DNA of 64,000 nucleotides from Styela clava (Eukaryota): NCBI RefSeq assembly GCF_964204865.1, contig NC_135253.1, positions 6,882,001 to 6,946,000 of the forward strand, read 5' to 3'. Shown piece by piece: positions 38,818 to 51,912 of this stretch (position 1 is its first letter; each line of letters starts with the position of its first letter). The notes under the pieces were generated by a model. It saw only the letters and a program-made list of their open reading frames with translations, ran no database searches and was not told where the DNA came from. The position numbers and the translations under genes were made by a program.

Positions 38818-38900
38818 TCAGGGGTGGGCAACCTTTTTCGGCTGGCGTGCCAAAATCGGCTAAATTTAACGACGAAATTCTTCCGCGTGCAGACCAACAT
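38818..38900 (+). mobile_element. hAT-type left terminus (partner end not found)
   Basis: GTCTAGGT|CAGGGGTGGGCAACC, a typical hAT TIR after a TCTAG-type target. Confidence 0.5.
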
Positions 38901-40098
38901 AAAAACAATGCTTTTCTACTTTCGAAGCAAATGCGATGCATTTATATAAAGGTAGTGCATTTTTTTGAAATCTGTCCCAGCGAATTCATTAAAAGCAGCA
39001 TCAAGAATTAATAAATCTGAAAAAACTTAAAAAAAAAGAACGCGTAAATCGCAAGAATTACACTGAACAATCTTATAGAACCACGATATAAAAAAATACT
39101 GAATTCTAATATATCTCACCAGTAAATCTACTGATGTTATTTGCTTATTTTGCGAAGTAAACAAATTGAGACAGTGTAACGCTATCTGACAGTTTCCTAC
39201 AGTGAATGTGTCGCCTGTTCGCATCCAAGAATCGTTCGTTTTCGACGTCGCGTCAAGTGAGTCAGAGCGATAATAGGGACGTGGGATTATAAAAATGACG
39301 TAAACTGTTATATTCCAACCTAAGTTTTGAATAATTATTCTCGTTGTAATAGTATTCGCAGACCTTTTATAACAATTTATGCAGAATTTCATAATTCGAA
39401 AGACGCTCATGTTCATATACATTAATTTGGTGAAGCTTTTATCAGTATTTGTATTTAGTACCTCACGACCCAGAGAATGTCATTGCGCGATTGATGTCTC
39501 AAGATTGTTTGGCGATTGAACTGCGTCAACTATCTCAATGGCGGACGAATCGATTACGTATATCGTTGCTGATCATATCCATCTCGTTTCTTCCAACTAC
39601 ATTAAACTATGCACAGACTGGTACTGCATATTCAACCCTGTTAGAATAAACGGTTACAGTGACAGCTTGAATTATCAAACTATGACACTGTATCTAAATG
39701 TTTAGTTGTTTGATTTCAAATATGTGATTTTTGTTGTGCGTAACAACACTGTATTACGCCCATTTACATAATTTTACACTTTACTGCCTGAGGCAATGGT
39801 CGTGATTTTCAGAATAGAGTATGGTGACTCAAAAGTTTTCAATCACTTCACATTAAATTCATTCACATTACCAGCTAAAAAAACAATTAAGCGTTTCTTT
39901 GTTAGAGTTTTTGTACACAATAAGATAAAAGAAAGAATAAAACCAGCACAAATGATTTACGCTTGGCTACGTTTCGAGTGAGCGCCGTGTTGAATTTGCC
40001 CTGTGAAAATATATGAACAGCAAGCTGAAGTCATTACGTCACCCGATGGGTCGTGACGACGCGACAATGAGACAATAAAAGTCTCAAACAGAGAATTC

Positions 40099-40334
40099 GG
40101 TACTCCCGAAGTATGTGAACCAAGATGGCGGACATCGGAACGTAGTATGTATTTCAGATTAGAGTTAGGCCATAATTTCAGGTACAAATACTACGGAAGT
40201 CACTTGGCCAGTCCCCGAACTCGTAATAGAACTAAAATAAAGAAAATTGGAATAAAATTATGTCTTTACCCTAACTTTGTACACATACTATGTTCCGCTG
40301 TCCGCCATCTTGGTTCACATACTTCGGGAGCATC
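40099..40334. mobile_element. MITE, 236 bp, long TIRs
   Basis: TIR GGTACTCCCGAAGTATGTGAACCAAGATGGCGGACA and its inverse. 8-bp TSD GAGAATTC / GAAAATTC. Same family as 43860-44092. Confidence 0.9.
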
Positions 40335-43300
40335 GAAAATTCAATATATATTTTCAATACCATTAACATAAAAGTAAATTCAAAATTACCATGCTAAAAT
40401 AGAAATAGGGAAGCTTGGAAACTATTAGATCTCCTATTAAATAACAATGAGAGAGCATGTAAACCCCGTATATATTAATTTACGAATATGTTATAGTTAT
40501 TTTATAATATTATTTTAGATATGCATAGTTATATCATGCTTTGCGAGTATCATTAGATCACTTAAATAGTTTGTATTACTAATGTTAAAATTCCTTACGA
40601 AATATTTCTAAGAATAATCGTTATTAAATATTTGTAGGTAAACATATTCTCTCACCCGCTATTATGACGTCATTATGGTAGTGTAATCGTGATGATGATA
40701 TAGGAACTACGGTATGTCTATATGAGTAACAAATAAATCTGGTTCATACATCCCAACTTTTTCTTATACTATCCTCGATGTTTGTATGTTGTAGTTGTTA
40801 TATAATGGCGACGATAAAGCGCGCAATATCAACTTTTCTACTCCATAATCATGGCAAATGACATTACAAAAAAAAAAAAGAAACTGAACTTTCTCGTAAC
40901 TAACTAACTTCAGTGACAGTAACCTATAAATATATGCTTGCCACATACGTATCAGGATTAGTAGCGCAATATTCGTTCGTACTGAAAGCTAAATCGATAT
41001 CACAGGCAATTGTTAAATTTAAGGCGGGACTCAACTTTTATATCTAAGTGCAAATAATAATTTTTTTTGAAAATAGCAGCTTACAATAAATCTAATTGAA
41101 AGGAAATATCATTATTTACTTTTCATCTTTCTATTGATTGTGGATAAACAAGTATAGTTGGTTGTTTCCATTATTATTTCTTCGTTGACATTACGAACTT
41201 CCCATTTGAGAAATGACGTATGGATTCGGAGAATTATCATATCCAATATTGCTATTATGTATTTATTATCAGAGGTAGGGTTATTGAAATTCCAAAGTTA
41301 TTAAAGTTGTTATTAAAATTCAATCATTAAATTACAATAATATAATTCACAACGGATCATATTGAATTTTATCTTATCAAATCATATATACTTATTGAAT
41401 AATAAATACTTACAGACACAGCCTAAGGTACAGACATATCAAAAACTACTTGGGAGTCTTAGATTAGATGATATATGAGACCCTGCTCACAACTATGGCC
41501 CATACATGACAGAATATGAATGCAGAACTGCGGGACTATTCGCGGACGCACATAATGTGAACTTCGTACATGAATTAATTCAAAACATTAAATACAAAAA
41601 AATAACTGCAATTTTGTGGTGAAATATCGTGATTTCATGAGGAAATTTTGTGATTACGATATAAATTGTGATAATTTTGGGAATTGATATGTGTGTGAAC
41701 GCAATCTGGTTTAAAAGTGGAAGTATTATTGAGCTAATTGGATGTTCGCTATCTGGAAAACTTTATAATAATAATTCAGTTATTGAGATGGATAAACCAC
41801 ACAGAGTACTTACAGCAAATATTCAATCCCATTTGAACTTGCTGTAACCAGACAAATTGTCATCCAGTTTATTGGCTTTTTTTCATTCAGGAAAATCCTA
41901 ATACAATGCTCACATACATAGGATAAATGCTACTACCAGGCGTCCCGGCGCCACGCAGACTCGAGCGTTTTGTTATTCTAGTAATATTGCGTTATTGCAA
42001 TACACGAAAGTAGAAGCCCACTCAATTTATGGACCTCCTGAAGTATGCGCACCAAAATGGCGCACAACTTGAACTCAGGTCACTAAATGCGTCCAGGCGT
42101 TGGAGCCAGAGTGGGCCTAATCGTTTAGTCCCAAACGTTCTTGCGCCGTAACGTATGTATACCCGAAACAAACATCAGAACAATGGTACGTATATGCTAT
42201 TCCAATTAACAGTGCCAACGCAAAATACTTTTATGTGTGAATATATGATTCGGAGGGAAAGACGTTCGAAGCATCATTTAACAGAGGTATAACGAGGAAC
42301 ACCAACAAAAGGTTAACAATCATATAATACAATGTGAGGTGACACAAGGATTACACATAAAGTACAAAAGTTGGATGAGATTATTAAGCAGCAAATAAGA
42401 TTTAGTCGAATACAGATGCAAAATGATAGAAAAATTCATAATATATATCATAATTCATATATGTCCCTAATATACAAACATACAAGACTATTAAAAACTC
42501 ATTCGGTGAATCGGTTCGATTGCAAAAAGTCAAAGCTTCCTCGGAGAAATTTATGATCCTCGATTACATTTAATGACGCCATGTAGGCTACTGTGACAGC
42601 GTATTCCAGAGTAGATTGTTTGAAACAATTGATCAAATGTGTGTAGAGTCAATATCACCCGCAATTTTCATTTTAAGATCGGTAGAAGCATCAGTAAATA
42701 ATCAAAAATTACTTTTTCATTGAAACTTGTATTATTTCTAACCTTAATATAAAAACAAAAGCCATAAGATGTACTTATTCTCCTGTAAAATTTATTCTGG
42801 CCGTGAAGAGAATGTTAGCCAAAAGCCACCAGTTGAGGAATAGCATTACCGTTGCCCGTGATATTATGGTTAACGCTTGGACTTCAGCTCCAAACTCCCG
42901 CAGACTATGTTCTGGATCCAGGAAGTTTGATGCGAATTAATTTGGTTGAACGATTATTGAGTGGTATAGAAAAATGTAACAATTTTCTCGATTTACTTAC
43001 TTGGAATTTGAAAAAAAAATTCAGATGGCAATAGTAAACGCTTTTGAGAAATTTCTTTATCTTCAGGTACTGATTTTAAATTAGTTGGTTCATTAATTGC
43101 TGACTAAAGTTATTTTTTCTAAACTTCAACAATAATTTTGCAGTACGAATCCAATGTACGACTCGTTTGCAATTTTTGAAATCTTCCGGAATTTATGTTA
43201 CTAGCAATACAACCTGAGTGGAATTTCCTTTAGTAGATATTAAATTTTATTCCACACAACAAGTCAACTATTGTTGAATACCGTTTCATGTATTTTGGAC

Positions 43301-43335
43301 ATGGATGCCACGCTGAAGATTTTATTCTTTAGTAC

Positions 43336-44396
43336 AGTGTTTGCCAAACTTTTTTGGTTTCGGCCTATCTTCACACCAAGTAAAATCTTTGCGGACTCAA
43401 CGTGCGTTACTGTAAAACCAAACACTTTGTGAAGAAGCAATAAAATCAAAAACAACATAATTTTAACGAAGTCAGTTTATAATCCATTTCAAATTCAATG
43501 ATGATAATGTTGATATAGAAATTATCTAATTGTATTTCATATTCAAATTAATATATCCGCTATTAATATATTTTGAAATGTTTTGAAATAGCCCGCTGAA
43601 AAGAAGTGAAACTCAAGCGATATTGGCGCAAAATAATATCATTTAAAATTAGAGAAATGGATTTACAGGAAACAAATAGAAATAAATAAAAAACACAAAT
43701 ACAACACCTAATATTAACGCGTGCAAAAATACGTGTAAACTCGTGTTTATGTCTGAATCCGCAAGTAGGTTGTGCAAACCAGTCGTTTGATTCAGCCAGG
43801 CACGATTGACGTGCTGTCTCCAAGTCACATGTTACTAGGTATTCTAATAGTTTGCTGAAGGGGCTCCCGAAGTATGCGAACCAAGATGGCGGACATCGGA
43901 ATGTAATATGTGTACTAGGTTAGGGTTAGGCCATAATTTTAGGTATAAATACTACGGGAGGCTCTTGGCTAGTCTTCGAACTGATAATTGGAAGGAAAGG
44001 AAAATTGGAAAAAAATTATCGCCTAACCCTAACCTGTTACCCATGTTACGTTCCGATGTCCGCCATCTTGGTTCGCATACTTCGGGAGCACCTTGCTGAA
44101 TATTTTAACCAGTCCTACTCAGTAATCGTTAAATATTGACTCGATTAATTTTATGGGAATAAACTTGCCTTTCATGTTTTATGTAAATACTAACGTAAAT
44201 CGTAACTTGGCTGGTACTTAAGTCTGGTAAAAACCTTCTCGCCCCGCAATGAATTTATCGACACTGAAAGGGTTAGTTTAGTGGCCTACATGAAATATAC
44301 TACTACATAATTTCTAAAACAGTATTGCTCGTTGCGGACTCATTCAAACGCTCTGCAGATTCCTTTGAGACCGCGGACTCGGGTAGGGAAACACTT
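43336..44396. mobile_element. Old hAT-like element hosting a nested MITE
   Basis: CAGTGTTTGCCAAAC left end and GGGAAACACTT right end. Flanks CTTTAGTA / GTATAGTA only partly match. Confidence 0.45.
43860..44092. mobile_element. MITE, 233 bp, long TIRs with telomere-like subterminal motifs
   Basis: Perfect 39-bp inverted repeat GCTCCCGAAGTATGCGAACCAAGATGGCGGACATCGGAA. Perfect 8-bp TSD TTGCTGAA (43852-43859, 44093-44100). Internal GGTTAGGGTTAGG / CCTAACCCTAACC. Confidence 0.93.
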
Positions 44397-45899
44397 GTAT
44401 AGTAATAACAAATTACCAATTTAAATTGTCTCTGACTTACTGTGTTATATCACCATTACAAGAAGTTTCTACTATTAGATAAATATTCAGGTTTACGGGA
44501 CTAGCGCTTTAAATACTGCACTACTATATTGTTTTATATATTTCCCTTAGTGATATTTGTACTTGTGCAAAAGAGTATGTATAGCAAATCGAATGATTTT
44601 AAGAGCTGCAGCTGATAGAAAGACATAATACCCATAATAATTGAGCAAATGACTTACTCCAATTGTTTCCGCTACAATTCATTATTCACATAATATAACT
44701 GCGCTGTCATATTGCTTAATTCGGAGGCTGACAATTTTTGGCGTTGTGAAGATAAGTATATAGAAATCATGACATTGTTCCTCACAAACACCCTTCGATC
44801 TTGCAACGTTTAAAAAGGAGAAATATGGCATTTTAAGATATACAGAAAAAAAATATATATAAAAAAAACAGACTTAACTACAGGTATGTCAAATACGGCC
44901 AGGTTCAGGGGCATGCCTGAAATCCAATGCTTAATTTTGTTCATACCATTTTTACGCGTTTTAGATCGTTGCCACTTTTAGATCATTTCAAGATTGTTTC
45001 CTTCCTTTTCTATAAATAGACAATCTTTGCATTGAAGATTTTGATCTGGTGTTTGACCTGGGTTGTTGTTTAAAATTTTCTTGGGCGCTCTGTCTGGGCT
45101 ATATTGAATAGAAAAATTAAATTGAGATGACAATTGAATAAGATGGCAATGCAAATATTCTTTTTTTTTCAACACCTAGCTTGCCAATTTTATTTTATAT
45201 TTATTGTATCTGATTTTCATTATATGTGTTCATTGTCTAACACTCTAAAATACAACTACGTGTATGACTAGGTCGCCTTTAAACTTCCCCAACTATTCTT
45301 CAGAATAACACGTTCGATACAGGTACAGTACAAACGGGGATTCTCCGGTCATTCGCTGGTCTTTTGGTTCATTCCATACATGATAATTTCTAGTAATAAA
45401 TTTACCATTAATATTAATAATTTTAAAACTCTTTTTCCCAATCTGTTAAATAAGATGTTACAACCTTGGGTGCTGCTGCACGATAATCAGTTTTGTTCTC
45501 CGCAGCTTCCATTCCCCAGTAAACCTGTAAATAAAATTTCTTCTAATTTTTTGCATGATTATTTTTACTGGTTGGAAAAAAAAAACTTGACTAGGTAGCT
45601 TGCCTTGTTGTCATGATAATATGTTGTATCTTTTCATTCTTTTTACCCTCATTTTATCAAAATTGTCCAAGAACGGCGACTTCATCAAATTCTACGTTTG
45701 TATAAAATAATTAGAAAAGGGACTGATGGAAGTGTTATTCAAAATGCAATAAAACCCGTTTATTTAAATAACCTCATTAAGCGGATGACTATAGATTTCC
45801 GCTGGTTGTGAAACTTATAAAGTTTATGAGTTAATGCTGCCAAAAGTTTGGTTGGAGGCTATGGTAACTAATATAAAACGATTCGTTCATAAAATTCAT

Positions 45900-47579
45900 T
45901 TATTGGAACCTATAGAACGCTTTTATATTATGTTGTTGTTGTTGTTGTTCTCAGTTTTTTTCTCTCGTTTTTTGTTTTAGAAAAAAATCGCTTTTCTCTT
46001 TAACTACTGCACCAATTTCTTCAAAAATGTTCAGTGGTTAAATATTGTTGTTGTCGCTAGAAGGCTATTACTTTTATTTAGTTTAAAAATTTCTATAGGA
46101 TCGAAGAGATTCCTTTTATTTCATATATATTTATTAATATATAAAACACAGTTGATCGGTACATCTACAACAATCTTAATCATTAATCATAGAAAATACA
46201 CAATCATAATTCATCATATAAGATAATCAAATATTGTGCATACATGGTAATATATTTCGATTTTGTATGCAATGTATAGTGACAATATTTCTCATTAATG
46301 TATAAAACACAGTTGATCGGTACAGTCACATCATTATTTATCACAGGTGTTATACATGTATAATCATATAAATACCATCATTTATTGTACATATATATCT
46401 TAAAATTTTCCATTTTTAATCATGTTTCTTCATTTTGCCATTGTTATATGCAATGAACCGTTCAATTTCCCTCACTTCATACAGATATGAGGTAAAATAT
46501 GAACAGTGTTTTTTTTCTGTATCTTACAACGATATAGATGAAACCTGGCAGCAAGAAGTATACAATTACACAATTTGTTATAAAAAATAACACACATATC
46601 CCAACATGAAATCTCTTTTGGAAAAGATAAATTTAATTCCTGTTTTTGAATATATCCACATGTTCAGAGATTCCCAAAACTGTTGAACAACTATACAATC
46701 ATAGAAAAAGTGGCTGGTAGTTTCAACATTAGAATGACAGAAATCACGTAACTTTGATGAAACAAGTTTGAATTTGTACAATCTATCGTTTAGTTAGTAC
46801 TATGGCACCATGGAACATTTTCACGTAAAAAGATTGCAATTTAGTTTCAATAGTACAATAAAATATATTCATATACAATTTATTTCAATTAAAATCACTT
46901 TATAAAAAAATCAGATCTGTCCATTTTTTTCTTGATTTATCTGGGAATATAAATTTGATCAGATTCAACTTTTCATATAGATACTTTTATTTACTTTTCC
47001 TGTTTCGAATGTTTCAGAAATAAAATAAGATACGTTCTCTCCAGCGCCACTTAATACACTAAAATCAGTACAGTTGCCAATACTGCATAACCAATCATCA
47101 GGTAAAACTCCAGTGATGTGATAATAATTTACATATTCTTCATCACTCTCATCACTATTCCTACACATATTTGCTAAGTGTCTTATTTATTTTTATTCCA
47201 TGATAATATCAAGGTTCGATAAAATATTTTTTCCTGGCATAAGAAATACTTTTGTTAGACCATATAGGTTGATCAAAATTTGACATTTTCCAAACGAAAA
47301 GAACATTTTTACAGAAATACCATTTTTTAAATACATTTCGTATATGGATGTAAAAGGTAAATGCTTTACATCATGACTCGTTTTTTTTTATTGTGATGAC
47401 GTTATCACAATTATGAATTGCGCATCTTGTGGCAGTTCCGCGTTCGCGCTCGTTGCAACTTGGTGGCCAGTCGAAGTTGGAAAGACCACGGTACGGTACC
47501 GGTACCGTAAAAAATTAGATACCTGTACTACTTCGTTTTGGCTTTTGTATCCACATATTTTATCATTGCTCTCTTGTTT
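45900..47579 (+). mobile_element. DINE-1/HINE-like element split by a LINE fragment
   Basis: 45900-46095 and ~47390-47579 match the reverse complement of the two halves of 26948-27346 (GTT microsatellite, agaaggctattactttta, gtacggtac, ctctcttgttt). Confidence 0.6.
46400..47380 (-). mobile_element. L1/Tx1-like LINE ORF2 C-terminal remnant (zf-RVT), degraded
   Basis: ..DFCHSNVETTSHFFYDCIVVQQFWESL.. fits the RT-associated zinc knuckle pattern. Downstream ERFIAYNNGKMKKH..KW. Stops and frameshifts throughout. Confidence 0.8.
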
Positions 47580-50500
47580 ATATATAGTTTATTGGGACGT
47601 GAGTGTTTGGGACAAAATTTAAATTTTTTAGTCACGGTTTAGTAAACTACAATATGCATATAAAAAATGAATAGATGTCAATTTGATCATCAAATAAAAG
47701 TTGCCAAAGATTTACAAACTTGATTTAACTCACTACCCCGTGTGGAATTCTCAGCATTGCGTGCCCGTCTTTTGTGTGAGCCGAATATTTTCTTGTCAAC
47801 TGAATATTTCTGTGAATGATAAAAGTCATTGTATTTATTTGGTTGTGGCTTAAATACAAATAAATAGCAATACAAGTGTACAAGACTCACAAAACGCGTT
47901 AACTATATATTTTATATAAATGGATCTTCAGACGTCCAAGGCCTGAAACTTATGAAACTTTTGATTTTGCAGGTCATCCAATTACTTTACATATTTTATT
48001 CTTTAGATATATCTATATGGTATGAAAAATCACCGCGTAACGTCTGCTAGGTGGTAAACCGACCTAACTAACAAATTCTGTAATATAAAACTGACTGCAG
48101 TCGTGTTTAACCACAGACCAGACCACATTTATGCGCGGTTACTAAAATATTATTCTCACACTATATTAATACACTAATCAGGAATAGACGAAGGATGTGG
48201 AACGGTCTAATGGAAATGAGATTGTGAGTGACGTAACCGTCAACAATTAAAAGTTAATTAGCGAATTCCTCATTTTTAATAAAGTAAAAAGATAACTCTT
48301 ATATTAATAAAACCATTTTAGTGGATGTCACAAATTTATACATGGTCTTATTATGTTAAATCGTGGAATCCGGGTATTTACTAACCGTTGAAATTTGTAG
48401 AATATAATCAGTGTCCTAGTCAAAATATATTTTTACCAATTCTAAGTTTAGTCTGCGTTTTGAGTACCAATTACTTTTAGGTCGAGTTCAAGTACTATCC
48501 AGTCCATGCATTAGTTTATTTGGCCGGAACAATGAATAACAAATGATCAAATTTATCACCCGTCACAAGTCTTATCAAATCTTTATCTAACAAATTCAGT
48601 CAAGTCGTTATGGAAAATATTTATTTGAATAATTTGAGTCAAGCTGAATTTGATTCCTCGAGACATACCACGAATAGTCCATCTATGCCACCACTGTTAA
48701 TTTTACTTACATTACGACTAAAAGAGGTGGTACTATTTGAAATATATAAAATACATATATTCCTTCTATGTTTCCGACTCTAAGACAAAAATTTGACGCT
48801 AATTTTAAATCTTCTATTGAAAAACATTAGAAAATATTTCAGCAGTTTTTTCCTTCACAATATATATAGATAATATCATTAGAGCTTTTATTCGTTTTCA
48901 CTCATTTCATGGGCTCATTATCTCAACCCAAAAAGATAATGAACTGATAATTGGTCCATCGTAATTTTGACCAATTTCACAAATTATGCAGAATGATTAA
49001 AAAAATTGAATGGATATTTTCTTCGAAACTGTACAAATGCCAATGTATCTATTTAATTACGGTATGTCGGGTTTTGTAATGGATTAATTGGATATTAATT
49101 CATACTGTTAAGCCATTTGTACATTTTTGCGGTTGGATATGTGGTCAATATTCATTCTTTGAATCTAAGTGGATATTTTGTTTTTTTTTACGAAAAGCGT
49201 GTGTTTGTCTTATCACTCATATTTTATTATGCATACAATAGCCATGTTCACCACTTGGGTAATACTTTTTCACGTGGTATATATCCGTAACACAAGTGAA
49301 TATATTGGCTCTATCATATATTTATATTGGGTTGTATGATATATGAACATTGAATGATAACATAAAGTTGAATCAATATTACAGATTTTTGCAAAATAAT
49401 TAAACTTGAAAAACATCACGATTCTCAAAAAAATGTTTTAATGTAGTCCCATTTAAAATGTATCCACTTGTCAATTATTTACGGCGCTCAAAAGTATTTC
49501 AAAATGATTTTAAAATGAAACCCTCCCTACTTTGCTACTCCCACATCAATAGAAAAACTTGAGATAAGTGGAAGTTGGCGCCCTATTTTTTTTTAGAAAA
49601 TTCCTATAAACGTGACAGTATATCCAAATAATGATTTCATAAATGCTTTCATTATGAGTCCACAATTAGATTCTGTCTGAATCGCTTCTGCAATATCATA
49701 CCGACACTGTGCGAACTAGATAAAAAAGTTGAGTTTTTTACTTTGAGTTCATTTACTCATAGTTTCTAACAAAGTTGATTGACTTTAAATTTAATCTCGT
49801 TAATTGAAATAATTAGACGCAATACGACACTATTTGACGCAAATTACGTTCCTTCATAATCGTGTGAAAAAAGTGAAATTCATTTTTGTGTCATTAAGTC
49901 TATGCCATGTTCGCAACGTTGTTAACGATATATCCATCATTTAGATAAGTTAATTCACATAATTACATACTCAACAAAATAGTTAAATAACAACGATGAT
50001 TTCTTGATTTGTAGTGAAATACGTATTACGTTTATTATGTGAAACTTTTAATCGGATTTACTTGAAATAAAAATAATCGAGTTTTAAATATTTTCATTTA
50101 ATTAATATGTTTTCAGAAATTGGAAAGTAATTATTGTATTATTCGTCAAAATAATTATATTGACGCACGTCATGAGACATTATTACTGTTACATCCAGGA
50201 AAAATGAACACTTTACGTTGAGCAAACAAATGAAAATTTCCCAAACTTTTTCAGTCATTTAGAAGGGTTGATAAATAACGTGATATACTTACAAAAATCA
50301 GTGATTTATAAGTAATTTTTAACAGTTTATACAGTTATAATGGGCAGCGTCGTTCCAAGTTTTAGACATTTTGTTTGGCTTTGAGGGGTAATTTTAGAAG
50401 TACGAAAAAATAAACTTTAAATGAATTCGAGCATAGAAAAACCTAACAATTTATATTGTTCAGTACGCTGTTGGAATTGTTTTGTGCAATCGGAAATCGA

Positions 50501-50755
50501 ATAAAAATTTTTTAAAACTTTAAGACAGATATTAAGACAAGAAAAATTCAGACACTCAACATAAATAATTTTTATTATTGACGTTAAAAAAGCAAATGCG
50601 TTTAAAGGCATTGGTTGTTTGAGCAGGCGCTGCTTCCAAAATATTAAAAAAAATCAACTAATATTTATATTGTATTATGAATAATAGCATTAACTGTTGA
50701 TAAATATTTTACAGTCCATTTGCAGTTTGATAAGAGAGAATAGAAAGAACAAAAC

Positions 50756-51912
50756 ATGCATGCAATAAAAGTACTTACAATTGTTGTTGTTGTTCTGGCA
50801 TCTGCATACAGCATCGAATACCATGAAGGTAAGACGATAAATACATTTTCCTATTTGTAATATATGATAAAGCAAAACGTCATCTTATGGATGATATAAT
50901 TGATGAATTGGTCTATTTCAAAATATCAAGTTACAATCGCGTCTTGTGGAAATTTAAGAAAATCACTAAAAAACTTTTGAAATTCATATGACATTGGGTA
51001 ATACTTATACTTAGAGAACACACTTTTTTTTTAGACAAATGCACCTCGAAACCTAACCCTGGAGCATGTAAAGCATTTTTACGTCGTTTTTATTATGATC
51101 CAAAAGAAGGAAAATGTAAGGTTTTCATTTTCGGTGGGTGTGGAGGAAACAGAAACAGATTCGAAACAAAAATTGATTGTGAAGAAGCATGTAATCCAGG
51201 TAAACTACTGTTTTTTTTCCAAATATATTTTGTTTAGCATCGTATTTTCAAGTGTGTCTGTATAGAAAATACTTTATGTTTGACTTTGGGCTTTCAAACC
51301 GTCTGTGACGAGGGATGTCAGTTGTGAAAAAATGTATACGCAATAATATGGTATAGTAGGGTAGGTGACTTAGAAACCCCAACATGTAGATGTGTCCCTA
51401 ACTGGAAATCAGAAATTTTTCTGATGTTCCCGGTTGTAAATAATACATGCAAAATGAGGTATGTCATTTATTATATGGACGCGATTCTGTACCATTTGAC
51501 CAGATCAGTCAGGTCGATGACCATCACAGCGGCCGATGCTAATAAATTTGTGGTTATCATTACCGATATATGAAAAAAGTCGGAGAAAAAAAACTTGATG
51601 TTCGGCTTGGCAATATTTTTATAATTTTACAGTATTTCATTGATTGAGAGGAATCGATGTAGTTTAAATTGTAGTAGTAAATGTAGTTTAAATTGGATGT
51701 AACAATGTAAATGGTTTTTCATTCATATTTCAGACATATTGTGTAGATTCCCACTCGATCACGGAGAAGGCGACGCCTTTTTTCGAGACTATTACTACGA
51801 TGAAGAAAAAGATGATTGCTTTGAGTTTCTGTACTATGGCTTCAAAGGAAATACAAATCACTTCTTTACTCGTACCGAATGTCTGTCTGTTTGTGGCTCT
51901 AAAAAGCGATAG
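50756..51912 (+). CDS. Secreted tandem Kunitz protein (6-Cys P1-Lys + acidic 4-Cys domain), 138 aa; exons 50756-50828, 51035-51199, 51734-51912
   Basis: MHAIKVLTIVVVVLASAYSIEYHE / DKCTSKPNPGACKAFLRRFYYDPKEGKCKVFIFGGCGGNRNRFETKIDCEEACNP / DILCRFPLDHGEGDAFFRDYYYDEEKDDCFEFLYYGFKGNTNHFFTRTECLSVCGSKKR*. Phase-1 GT-AG introns. Absent from the ORF track. Confidence 0.94.

Noticed and set aside
43918-44034. Interstitial telomere or fusion site
   Set aside because: Only about two TTAGGG units per side, inside a MITE with a TSD.
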